A DNA stretch of 64,000 nt from a virus, in the IMG/VR virus record IMGVR_UViG_3300019776_000461, positions 20,703-84,702 of that record; one strand, 5' to 3'. How positions within the stretch are numbered: position 1 is the stretch's first letter; every line of letters starts with the position of its first letter. Positions 36,276-45,346 of the stretch are shown piece by piece. Under the pieces are notes generated by a model, which ran no database searches, was not told where the DNA came from, and was given only the letters and a program-made list of their open reading frames with translations. Position numbers and translations under genes: made by a program.

Positions 36276-37909
36276 TGAAAAAGTATTTCTATGAAAAAAG
36301 TGATATTCTGTCCTGGCCATCGAACATAACGTATGGCGAACTGGTTACGTTTGACGATAACAGGTTTTATGAATGGGCAGAAGATTTACGAATGAGGATT
36401 CTAACTGATTGGGATAATAATGGGAAACCACCAGTCGTTGGAAGAACTGAGGAAGAGATTAATCAATCATTCTCGAAACTCCGTCAGTTTAACGCTTCAT
36501 CTATTTTTCATAGTGTGGAAGATGGCAATGACTCTGACATGATTGGAGTCATTGCTAATTTCACAAAAGTTGGTTCTGCTGCAAATCAATTCTTTCCAAC
36601 AATGCTAAAAACTAAAATTGCATCTGGCATGGGAAGTGATTCTGGTAAATCGATTTACGATTATTTTACAGACTCTATGAAAGAAACATTTCATCATATT
36701 ATGAAGAGAAGTGTTTACAACGATTCTATGTATTTGTACAGTAAGTCTTTATCTTCAAATCAAGTAAAGAATCCTTACTTCAAAGAAGGTGAAACTCTTC
36801 GTGATTTCTTCATGGCGTATAAAAATGGTGATGGAAGATTCGATGGACAAGGTGTTCGTATTTCTAAAATATCGTGCACTCTACAAACTCAAAGTAAGAA
36901 ATATAAAAAGTATTTAACTATAAAGGCAGATGAGATTAGACAGTTCTTAGCGGAAGGTTTGATTGATGACTTCATGTTATTTACTTTGGGTAATCCAGAA
37001 GATTTAACTGATACATTTAATATACAAAAAGAAGGTTCTGAACCGAGGGCAAATGTTTATATTGTTCGTGTTTACGAAAAGAATATAAAACTATTTCCAA
37101 GTGCAATACAAGTATTTCGTATGTCATTCTGTCAGCCAGCGGTAAACTTTCCGCCTATGACCGCAAAGTTTCTTTATGAACACTTTACACAACATATACC
37201 TGCAAGTGAAACAGTAACAGTATATGACCCAAGTTCTGGCTGGGGTGGTCGTATTTTAGGTGCAATGTCTGTTGGTCGCCCAATACATTATGTTGGAACA
37301 GACCCAAATACAGATAACTTTATTGATGAATTAGGAATAAGTCGTTATGAATACCTTGCAGACTTTTTTCTAAAATCAATAGGCGAGCGAGGTACAAATG
37401 TATCTTCAAAGTTTTTTGTTACAAATGAAAATCATACATACGAACTTTTCCAAGATGGTTCGGAAACAATTCAATTTAATCCTAAATTTCAAAAGTATAA
37501 AGGTAAGTTAGATTTTGTTTTTACTTCACCTCCATACTTTAATAGAGAAATGTATTCTGATGATGCAACTCAATCGTATAAAGCACATAGTGAGTATGCT
37601 GATTGGCGTGATAACTTTTTACGCCCAACATTAGAAACAGCGGTTGCTTATTTGAAATCAGATCGTTATCTTTGTTGGAATATAGCTGATATTAGAATTT
37701 CAACTAACAAAATAGTTCACCTTGAAAAAGATTCAATTGATATATTAGAATCATTGGGAATGGAGTATGTAGGTAAATTTGGAATGGCAATGGGTAGAAT
37801 GATTGGTAACTCAGACCAAGAAAAATTGGCTGAAAGAACTTCTAATAAAGTTTTTCACAAAGGTCAATGGTGGAAACAAGAACCTATTTTTATATTTAAA
37901 AAACCATAA
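36275..37909 (+). CDS. DNA amino-methyltransferase (SPPY)
   Basis: VNFPPMTAK, YDPSSGWGGR, GTDPN, FTSPPYFNRE. Confidence 0.8.
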   Translation: MKKYFYEKSDILSWPSNITYGELVTFDDNRFYEWAEDLRMRILTDWDNNGKPPVVGRTEEEINQSFSKLRQFNASSIFHSVEDGNDSDMIGVIANFTKVGSAANQFFPTMLKTKIASGMGSDSGKSIYDYFTDSMKETFHHIMKRSVYNDSMYLYSKSLSSNQVKNPYFKEGETLRDFFMAYKNGDGRFDGQGVRISKISCTLQTQSKKYKKYLTIKADEIRQFLAEGLIDDFMLFTLGNPEDLTDTFNIQKEGSEPRANVYIVRVYEKNIKLFPSAIQVFRMSFCQPAVNFPPMTAKFLYEHFTQHIPASETVTVYDPSSGWGGRILGAMSVGRPIHYVGTDPNTDNFIDELGISRYEYLADFFLKSIGERGTNVSSKFFVTNENHTYELFQDGSETIQFNPKFQKYKGKLDFVFTSPPYFNREMYSDDATQSYKAHSEYADWRDNFLRPTLETAVAYLKSDRYLCWNIADIRISTNKIVHLEKDSIDILESLGMEYVGKFGMAMGRMIGNSDQEKLAERTSNKVFHKGQWWKQEPIFIFKKP

Positions 37910-37910
37910 A

Positions 37911-38996
37911 ATGAAAATTGATATTGAAAGTTTTGGAAAATTTATAAATGCTGACCCACTTGAAATTCGTTTGTGGAAAGAAACAGATGAATTTTTTAGT
38001 GACAAGCGTACGTTAGATGATACAATAGATTGTGTTTTTCAGTATTACCGTAAACATGGTTATCCATATATGAGTATTACTGATGAAGAAAAACATGAAC
38101 ACATGAAGAAACTTCAAAAATATGACTACGATAAACTGTTTAAGAATAATGATATTATTCAAACAATGCATGGACTTCGCTTGGCTTGGTCTTATTTTCC
38201 ACATGGAATGGAAGTGAAATGTGGTAATTCTAAAATGTCTCCTATGGATAATTTTTTGAATGACCATACATTTAAGATGACAATACGTAAGTGCTTGAAA
38301 TGGTTATATAAGCACACGGGCAATGGAAGTTGGCAAGAAAACCGTTTACGTCAATCATTAAAAATATATTCTGGTGTTCAAGGTGTTTCAAACTTTAGAC
38401 CAACTGCTGCAGGTGCTATATATAAAAGATTTGGTGGCAATGGTGTAATGTGGGATATGTCATGTGGTTGGGGTGGTAGATTAGTTGGTGCATTAGCATC
38501 ACCGTATATCGAAACATATATTGGAACAGAACCATCAACGAAAACATTTGAAGGACTTTGTAAACTACGTGATGATTTCTCGTATCTTGGTAAAGATATT
38601 CAACTACACATGATGGGTTCAGAAGATTTTATTCCAGAGAAAGAAAGTTTAGATTTGTGTTTTACTTCACCACCATATTTCGATACAGAAAAATATGCAG
38701 ATGAAGAAACTCAATCGTATAACAAGTTTCCAACTCGTGATACTTGGGGTTCTGGCTTTCTTTTTGGAACATTTAAGAATTGTTTCCATGGGTTGAAGCC
38801 AGGTGGTTATATGTTAATAAACATTGCTAATACACCGAAGTATAAAGACTTAGAAGAAATGACAATTCATTATGCAAAAGAAGCTGGATTTATTGAAGAA
38901 AATACTATAAATCTTATTCTTTCTTCTGTAATGGGTGCTGGTTATAAAAGAGAACCTATTTTTATATTTCGGAAGCCGTTGGTAGATAAGGAATAA
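37911..38996 (+). CDS. DNA amino-methyltransferase (SPPY)
   Basis: SNFRPTAA, WDMSCGWGGR, FTSPPYFDTE, LKPGG; start moved to MKIDIE. Confidence 0.8.
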   Translation: MKIDIESFGKFINADPLEIRLWKETDEFFSDKRTLDDTIDCVFQYYRKHGYPYMSITDEEKHEHMKKLQKYDYDKLFKNNDIIQTMHGLRLAWSYFPHGMEVKCGNSKMSPMDNFLNDHTFKMTIRKCLKWLYKHTGNGSWQENRLRQSLKIYSGVQGVSNFRPTAAGAIYKRFGGNGVMWDMSCGWGGRLVGALASPYIETYIGTEPSTKTFEGLCKLRDDFSYLGKDIQLHMMGSEDFIPEKESLDLCFTSPPYFDTEKYADEETQSYNKFPTRDTWGSGFLFGTFKNCFHGLKPGGYMLINIANTPKYKDLEEMTIHYAKEAGFIEENTINLILSSVMGAGYKREPIFIFRKPLVDKE

Positions 38997-39001
38997 GTTC
39001 G

Positions 39002-39009
39002 TATATTTG
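39002..39009 (+). promoter_or_regulatory. TAnnTTTG promoter element
   Basis: TTCGTATATTTGTA with TTGG 19 nt upstream. Confidence 0.6.
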
Positions 39010-39041
39010 TAGAAATTAATTATTAAAAATATAGGTTATGT

Positions 39042-39986
39042 ATGTTTAACACATCTCATACAATTTGGAACGAGAAGTATCGTCCCGAAACACTTGAAAC
39101 TTACGTTGGGAATCCAACAGTTAAAGAAACTTTTCAACAATATATTAAAACAAATGATGTACCGCACTTACTTTTACATGGTGATGCTGGTAGCGGTAAA
39201 ACAACTCTTGCTAAAATTGTTGCTAACACCATCGCAAAAGATAACTACATTTATATCAACGCATCAGATGAAAACTCAGTAGATACTGTTCGTGATAAGA
39301 TTAAACAGTTTGCTTCTTCAATTGGATTTGGTGGATTAAAACTTATTATTCTTGATGAGTGTGATTACATGACACCGAATGCACAAGCAGCGTTACGGAA
39401 TGTTATTGAAACATTTAGTAAAACTACTCGTTTCATTTTAACTTGCAACTATGTTGAAAAGATTATTGACCCGATTCAATCTCGTTGTCAGATATTTAAC
39501 ATAGTACCACCATCGAAGAAAGAAGTTGCACAACACCTCGTAAATATTTTGGAGAGCGAGAAAGTTACATACAACAAAGAACATCTTGTTAGTATTATCA
39601 ATTCAAACTATCCTGATATTCGTAGAGTTATTAATACAACTCAACGATGCGTAATCGATGGTAAACTGAAATTAGATGAATCAACATTAGTGGAAACTAA
39701 CTACTTTTCAACTATTGTTGATTTATTGAAATCAGATAAAAACAAAAGAGAGAAGTTTGAAGGTATTCGTCAGATACTTGCAGACAATCATGCGAGAGAT
39801 TTTAATCAACTGTTTCGTTATCTCTATGATAATGTAGATAGTTACGCAAGCGGTTTCGTATCAACTATTATTTTAATCATTGCAGAAACACAATATAAAG
39901 ATAGTTTTGTGGTTGACCACGAAATAAATGCAATGGCAATGTTTATTCAAATTATTATGGAAATTGAACAAAGGAGGAAAGGATGA
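39042..39986 (+). CDS. Clamp loader AAA+ subunit (gp44/RFC-like)
   Basis: EKYRP, GDAGSGKTT, INASD, ILDECD, SRC motif. Confidence 0.93.
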   Translation: MFNTSHTIWNEKYRPETLETYVGNPTVKETFQQYIKTNDVPHLLLHGDAGSGKTTLAKIVANTIAKDNYIYINASDENSVDTVRDKIKQFASSIGFGGLKLIILDECDYMTPNAQAALRNVIETFSKTTRFILTCNYVEKIIDPIQSRCQIFNIVPPSKKEVAQHLVNILESEKVTYNKEHLVSIINSNYPDIRRVINTTQRCVIDGKLKLDESTLVETNYFSTIVDLLKSDKNKREKFEGIRQILADNHARDFNQLFRYLYDNVDSYASGFVSTIILIIAETQYKDSFVVDHEINAMAMFIQIIMEIEQRRKG

Positions 39987-40252
39987 GTGTATTTGATATT
40001 AATGGAGGTGGGCAACCATCAGGACAAGAACCACAGAGAGTTAATGTTGACTTGAATCAAGCAAGTGATATTGTTTGTTCAAATTGTGGCGGAAAGTTTT
40101 TTCATGAAGTAACATTCTTCAAAAAGATTTCTGCACTACTTTCTCCAACAGGACAAGAAGGAATTATTCCAATTCCAACTTACGCTTGCCTTGAGTGTGG
40201 AAATATTAATGAAGAGTTTTTACCAACAAGAAGACAACAACTAAACGGTTAA
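39983..40252 (+). CDS. Zn-finger hypothetical protein
   Basis: CSNC...CLEC. Confidence 0.7.
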   Translation: MSVFDINGGGQPSGQEPQRVNVDLNQASDIVCSNCGGKFFHEVTFFKKISALLSPTGQEGIIPIPTYACLECGNINEEFLPTRRQQLNG

Positions 40253-40265
40253 TAGGATTTTAATA

Positions 40266-40721
40266 ATGGCTGCTAAGAATATATTCGACCACTTAAAAGG
40301 TGTTACACTTCGTAAAACCAAGTGGGAATCCTTATCTGAAGAAGATAAGAAGAGTTGGAACAATTATATGATTTCACGTTTCTTCTCTATGGAGATGGAA
40401 CTAACGGACGTAATAAATGAGTTTCAGAAATACTCAAATGGAATATTATCATCGGAGGATTATTATAAACTATTATCGGACGCCTTACCAAAACATTCGT
40501 TCTTTCTAAAGTATGTTAAAGCTAAGAACAGAGTTGACATAGATGCAGAACTAATTACTTTATTTTGTAATCATTTCCAACTTGGAAAGAACGAAGTGTT
40601 TGAGTATATTCGTTTTCTTAAAAGAGAAAACCCAATTGAACTAACTAACATTTTGAAAAAGTACGGCACAAAAGAAGATGTAATAAAAGATTTTGAAAAG
40701 AAACTGAAGACAATTAAATGA
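40266..40721 (+). CDS. Clamp loader small subunit (gp62-like)
   Basis: NNYMISRFFSM...INEFQ...YYKLL...LKYVK resembles gp62; downstream of the gp44-like gene. Confidence 0.6.
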   Translation: MAAKNIFDHLKGVTLRKTKWESLSEEDKKSWNNYMISRFFSMEMELTDVINEFQKYSNGILSSEDYYKLLSDALPKHSFFLKYVKAKNRVDIDAELITLFCNHFQLGKNEVFEYIRFLKRENPIELTNILKKYGTKEDVIKDFEKKLKTIK

Positions 40722-41101
40722 GGAATAAAATGGCTATTAAAGAAATAGATTTAGGGCGGAAACAAAATGGGGCTGTATCTGAAATTGAAGAGAAGTTTCC
40801 TAATATGACCAAGGAGTTCAAACGTATTCAACAAGAACAGTATGAACTCTTCTGTGCAAAGCAAAAGAACTATGGCCCAGATAATATTTCCATGGGAAGT
40901 AATCTCGAACGAGAAGACGATCGTAAACTTTCTTTGCAGGGTTTATTCTTTCGTATTAACGATAAGATAAACAGATACAAACAAATGATTATGTTTGGTT
41001 CACAAGACGCAGTTGGTGAATCTCTAAATGATACATTCAAAGATATTTCTGTTTATGGAATTATCGCACAACTTGTTCAATCTGGTAAATGGGGGAAATA
41101 A
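40718..41101 (+). CDS. DUF1599 / nucleotide-modification-associated domain 1 (Nmad1)
   Basis: KQKNYG, RINDKINR, ESLNDTFKDISVYGII. Confidence 0.7.
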   Translation: MRNKMAIKEIDLGRKQNGAVSEIEEKFPNMTKEFKRIQQEQYELFCAKQKNYGPDNISMGSNLEREDDRKLSLQGLFFRINDKINRYKQMIMFGSQDAVGESLNDTFKDISVYGIIAQLVQSGKWGK

Positions 41102-42258
41102 TGAGTATATATATTTGGACTTCGGAATATGTAAGTGAAGGTCATCCTGATAAAATAGCTGACCAAATTTCAGATGCAGTTCTTGATTGGTACTTACAAA
41201 GAGACCCAGATGCAAAGGTTGCGTGTGAGGTTATGGTAAAGGATAGTGATATTTATGTTTCTGGTGAAATAAAATCAACGGTTGATAAAGATAAAAGAAC
41301 TTTAGAATTATCACTAACTCGATTAATTAGAGGACTTATAAAAGATATTGGATACACAAAAGAAGAATCCCCTTTCTTTAATTCAGACTATTGCCGTATT
41401 CATTTCAATATATCAACTCAATCATCAGAGATTAATCAAGCAGTTGATAAAGGAGATGTTGTTACAGCAGGAGACCAAGGTATTATGTTTGGTTATGCAA
41501 CTCGTGAAACTCCAACGTATATGCCGGTAGCAATTTACTTAGCTAAAAAACTAATTGAAGTTGCAACGGATATTAGAAAGAAAGGTAGTAAACTTGGACA
41601 TGTACAAAAACTTCGTCCTGATATGAAGAGTCAGGTGTCTGTTGCGTATAGTGGTAATGAAGCAGTTGGTATTCATTCTGTTGTATTTTCAACTTGTCAT
41701 TCTGAGTTGATTTCACTTGAAGAACTTAGAAAGTATTTCCACTCTGATATTTTACCAAAGGTATTAGAAAGTATTCCAGAAGAACTTGCTAAACTGTTTA
41801 CAGATAAAACTGTTTACCATATAAATCCTGCTGGTGAATGGAACATAGGTGGTCCAGTTTCTGATTGTGGATTAACTGGTAGAAAGATTGTGGTTGACCA
41901 ATATGGTGCTGATTGTGAAATTGGTGGCGGTGCTTTCTCAGGCAAAGACCCAAGTAAAGTTGATAGAAGTGCAGCATATATGGCTCGTCATATTGCCTTA
42001 AAAACACTTCATGAAAATGAAGAAGCAAATAAAATTAAAGTTCAATTAGCATATGTAATCGGTGAAGAGTTTCCTGTTTCATATCGTATATTTGACCCAA
42101 CAACTGGAAAAGAATATGGACTTGGTAAATTTAGTTTCAATGATTTAACCCCAAATAAAATCATTGAAAGATTAAAATTAAAAACTCCTATTTATTTACA
42201 GACTGCTAAGTACGGTCATTTTGGAAATAAAGATTTAGAATGGGAGAAAATTGGATGA
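41101..42258 (+). CDS. metK: S-adenosylmethionine synthetase
   Basis: TSEYVSEGHPDKIADQISD, AGDQGIMFGYA, RPDMKSQV, DCGLTGRKIVVD, GGGAFSGKDPSKVDRSAAY, YGHFG. Confidence 0.97.
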   Translation: MSIYIWTSEYVSEGHPDKIADQISDAVLDWYLQRDPDAKVACEVMVKDSDIYVSGEIKSTVDKDKRTLELSLTRLIRGLIKDIGYTKEESPFFNSDYCRIHFNISTQSSEINQAVDKGDVVTAGDQGIMFGYATRETPTYMPVAIYLAKKLIEVATDIRKKGSKLGHVQKLRPDMKSQVSVAYSGNEAVGIHSVVFSTCHSELISLEELRKYFHSDILPKVLESIPEELAKLFTDKTVYHINPAGEWNIGGPVSDCGLTGRKIVVDQYGADCEIGGGAFSGKDPSKVDRSAAYMARHIALKTLHENEEANKIKVQLAYVIGEEFPVSYRIFDPTTGKEYGLGKFSFNDLTPNKIIERLKLKTPIYLQTAKYGHFGNKDLEWEKIG

Positions 42259-42746
42259 AACTAAAAGACTTGATAATGGAAGCGTTTACTCTTAACGGTA
42301 GAGTTATGTTATATCACTTTTCAAAAGAAGATTTAGGAAATGTAGCGATTCTCGATCCAGCATTATCAAGTCAACGTCCATCCTCTTGGTCACGTAACGA
42401 TTATAAACTATCTAAAGTACCAAGAGTATTTTACTATACAGACTTAAATAAAATTGAGCGTATGGTTAAAAGTCATAATTTATATGCAGCAGAATATGAT
42501 GGTACTAGAATATTAAATGTACCGCAGGTATTGAAGGAGTATCAAACAAATCCAGATTCACTTGCTATCAAAAATCCAAACGCTTTCAAGATAATGCAAT
42601 CGTCCGTAAACCAATATGGTGCAATAGATTATGATGCAATGTTAAGAGCAGCAGGACAATTCTTTGATGGTGTATTCTACGATACTGGTAACTTACCAAT
42701 TGTCAATTTATTTGTACCATTAAGAGCAAAAAAACAAAATGTCTGA
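42255..42746 (+). CDS. Hypothetical protein, possible ADP-ribosyltransferase-like fold
   Basis: LYHFS...VFYYTD...FDGVFY strand pattern; N-terminal MKLKDLIME. Confidence 0.4.
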   Translation: MKLKDLIMEAFTLNGRVMLYHFSKEDLGNVAILDPALSSQRPSSWSRNDYKLSKVPRVFYYTDLNKIERMVKSHNLYAAEYDGTRILNVPQVLKEYQTNPDSLAIKNPNAFKIMQSSVNQYGAIDYDAMLRAAGQFFDGVFYDTGNLPIVNLFVPLRAKKQNV

Positions 42747-43650
42747 TAAAAAAATATCCTTTTCACAATATCAAATGTGGAAGGGTTGCCCACACAGATG
42801 GAAACTTGTTTACAAAGATAAGGTTGGAATTTTTTCTCCAAACATAGCAATGTTGTTTGGAACGGTAATGCATGAAGTTCTACAAGAATATGTAAAGACT
42901 ATATATGAAAAATCAATCAATGAGGCTAACGCTTTAGAATTAGATACTATGCTTCAGAATGGTTTGAAAGAACATTATAAGAAATTACTTACAGAAGCAA
43001 ATGGTGTTCACTTCTCGAATCAAAATGAACTTGCTGAGTATTGTAATGACGGTATTGAGATTCTCAAATGGTTCAAAGCTCATAGAGCAGACTTCTTCTT
43101 AAAGAAAGATTATGAGTTGGTTGGAATAGAATTACCAATTAATATAATTCCACTCGAAACGCATTCAAGTGTAAGACTTGTTGGGTTTTTGGATTTGGTT
43201 ATAAAGAATACAAAAACAGATGAGATTTATATTTACGATTTCAAAACAAGCACAGGTGGATGGGGTAAGTATCATAAAAATGATAGAACAAAAGTATCGC
43301 AACTTGTTTTATATAAAACATATTATGCAAAACAATACAATGTTAGTCCTGATAGTATTCACGTTGAATATCTTATTCTAAGAAGAAAGATAAGGGAAGA
43401 CGCTGAATATGAAGCAATGAAAAGAAGAGTTCAGAGATTTGAACCATCGAATGGAAAAGTTTCTCAAAATCAAATTCAAAAAGAAATACATGAATTTATA
43501 ACAACCAACTTCACAGAAGAAGGTGAATTTAAGTTAGATGTTATTTACACACCAGAAGGTGGCAATGAATATTCTAATTGTAAATTTTGTGAATTCAAAG
43601 ATTCAGAAGAACTATGTCCAAAAGAAAAAAGAAACACCCTCCCTTTCTAA
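42739..43650 (+). CDS. PD-(D/E)XK exonuclease (Cas4/RecB/AddB-like, Fe-S cysteines)
   Basis: SFSQ...CPHRW, GTVMH, GFLDLV, YDFKT, QLVLY, CKFC...C. Confidence 0.85.
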   Translation: MSDKKISFSQYQMWKGCPHRWKLVYKDKVGIFSPNIAMLFGTVMHEVLQEYVKTIYEKSINEANALELDTMLQNGLKEHYKKLLTEANGVHFSNQNELAEYCNDGIEILKWFKAHRADFFLKKDYELVGIELPINIIPLETHSSVRLVGFLDLVIKNTKTDEIYIYDFKTSTGGWGKYHKNDRTKVSQLVLYKTYYAKQYNVSPDSIHVEYLILRRKIREDAEYEAMKRRVQRFEPSNGKVSQNQIQKEIHEFITTNFTEEGEFKLDVIYTPEGGNEYSNCKFCEFKDSEELCPKEKRNTLPF

Positions 43651-43700
43651 AATAATTTCTACTATTTTCTAATGTTTTCTACAATTACTCCATACTTATA
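43644..43700 (+). promoter_or_regulatory. TTTCTA direct repeats (10-bp phase) plus TACTTATA promoter motif
   Basis: TTTCTA at 43644, 43656, 43666, 43676; TACTTATA at 43693. Confidence 0.45.
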
Positions 43701-43734
43701 TGTATGAAGTTTATTGGAACGAACGGAGAAAATT

Positions 43735-43884
43735 GTGGATGAAAAATCAAAATATTCAAGTATTCAAATTCGGCAATCTATAAAAGAAGATTTATTAAAG
43801 TATTGTACGGAAAATGGTTATAAATTAAGTGGACTTGTTGAAAAACTAATTCAAACACACTTATCTGGTAGTTTATCTATCTGA
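43735..43884 (+). CDS. Small ribbon-helix-helix-like DNA-binding protein (not in ORF track)
   Basis: GTG start after GGAG; 49 aa MDEKSKYSSIQIRQSIKEDLLKYCTENGYKLSGLVEKLIQTHLSGSLSI has a strand-helix-G-x-x-S-helix pattern. Confidence 0.65.
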   Translation: MDEKSKYSSIQIRQSIKEDLLKYCTENGYKLSGLVEKLIQTHLSGSLSI

Positions 43885-43914
43885 AAAAATAAATTAAATT
43901 TATAAAGGTTTTGT

Positions 43915-45339
43915 ATGGCAAAGAAAAAAATATTATTACTATCTGACGATTTAAGATTAACGTCTGGTATAGCAACTGTTTCTCGTGATTTAGTTCTCGG
44001 TACAGTAAAAGATTTTGATTGGATTCAAGTGGGTGCTGCTATTAATCACCCAGACAAAGGGAAGATATTCGATTTATCTCAAGACGCAAGAGAACGTAGT
44101 GGTGATGAAACAGCTAGTGTTAGAGTTTTTTGTAATGATGGATACGGTGATCCATTTCTCATTCGTAGGTTGATTGATATAGAAAAACCAGATGCTATAT
44201 TACATTTTACAGACCCAAGATTTTGGGGATGGTTATATAATATGGAACATGAAATCCGTAAAAAAATTCCATTGATGTATTTGAATATATGGGATGGTGC
44301 TGGATTAATTGGAAATACCCCAACAGACCCAATGTGGAATAAAGAAGCGTATGCTAGTTGTGATTTATTAATGTCAATTTCAAAACAAACTTATGGTATA
44401 AATCATAGAGTTTTAAAAAGATTCAATGAAGAAATTGGTGAGCATAGAATAACTTATGTTCCACACGGAATCGATACTGATATGTTTTTCCCAATTAATA
44501 ATACGCATAGTGATTGGGGCAAACTACAAGAAGAACGTAAAAAAATTCGTAATGGTAATGAAGATAAGTTCGTTGTTATGTGGAATAACAGAAATATTCA
44601 TAGGAAACACCCAGGTGATGTTGTACTCGCATATAAACATTTTTGCCAACTCGTAGATAAAAATGGTGGTAATGCAGCAGAAGATTGTTCACTACTAATG
44701 CATACCCAACCAATAGACCCAAATGGAACTGACTTGGTAGCTTTAGTTGGTGAGTTATGTAATGAGTATACAGTTTTGTTTGATGATAAAATAGTTCCAT
44801 CACCACAATTGAATATTATTTACAATTCAGCTGATGTTGTTGTTAACATGGCTTCAAATGAAGGGTTTGGATTGGGAACAGCGGAAGCAGTTGCAGCAGG
44901 TGTACCTATCGTTGTTAATGTAACAGGTGGACTTCAAGACCAATGTGGTTTCATTAATCCAGAAACCAATCAATACTTTACACCAGATGATTATTTGAAA
45001 GTACACACACTCCATAGGAAAGATGAATGGGGACATTTGCAACACGGTGAATGGGTAAAACCAGTTTGGCCATCAAACATTTCAATACAAGGTTCAGTAC
45101 CAACTCCTTATATTTTTGATGATAGAGCAGATTTCCGAGATGTTGGACAAGCATTATATGAATGGTATAAGACTTCTAAATCAGATAGAGTATTCGCTGG
45201 ATTAAAAGGAAGAGAATTTATGATGAAGCCAGAAGTTGGAATGTCTCGTTTTAATATGTGTGAAAGAATTTCAAAAAGTATTAATGATACGTTTGAAAAT
45301 TTTGTTCCTAGAAAAAGTTTTGAATTATATTTAGTGTGA
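43915..45339 (+). CDS. Glycosyltransferase, GT-B (GT4-like)
   Basis: SGIAT, VPHGID, NRNIHRK, EGFGLGTAEA. Confidence 0.88.
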   Translation: MAKKKILLLSDDLRLTSGIATVSRDLVLGTVKDFDWIQVGAAINHPDKGKIFDLSQDARERSGDETASVRVFCNDGYGDPFLIRRLIDIEKPDAILHFTDPRFWGWLYNMEHEIRKKIPLMYLNIWDGAGLIGNTPTDPMWNKEAYASCDLLMSISKQTYGINHRVLKRFNEEIGEHRITYVPHGIDTDMFFPINNTHSDWGKLQEERKKIRNGNEDKFVVMWNNRNIHRKHPGDVVLAYKHFCQLVDKNGGNAAEDCSLLMHTQPIDPNGTDLVALVGELCNEYTVLFDDKIVPSPQLNIIYNSADVVVNMASNEGFGLGTAEAVAAGVPIVVNVTGGLQDQCGFINPETNQYFTPDDYLKVHTLHRKDEWGHLQHGEWVKPVWPSNISIQGSVPTPYIFDDRADFRDVGQALYEWYKTSKSDRVFAGLKGREFMMKPEVGMSRFNMCERISKSINDTFENFVPRKSFELYLV

Positions 45340-45346
45340 GGAAATA

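Noticed and set aside
42739-43650. Cas4 as part of a CRISPR-Cas system
   Set aside because: No cas1/cas2 or array; stand-alone Cas4-like exonucleases are common in phages
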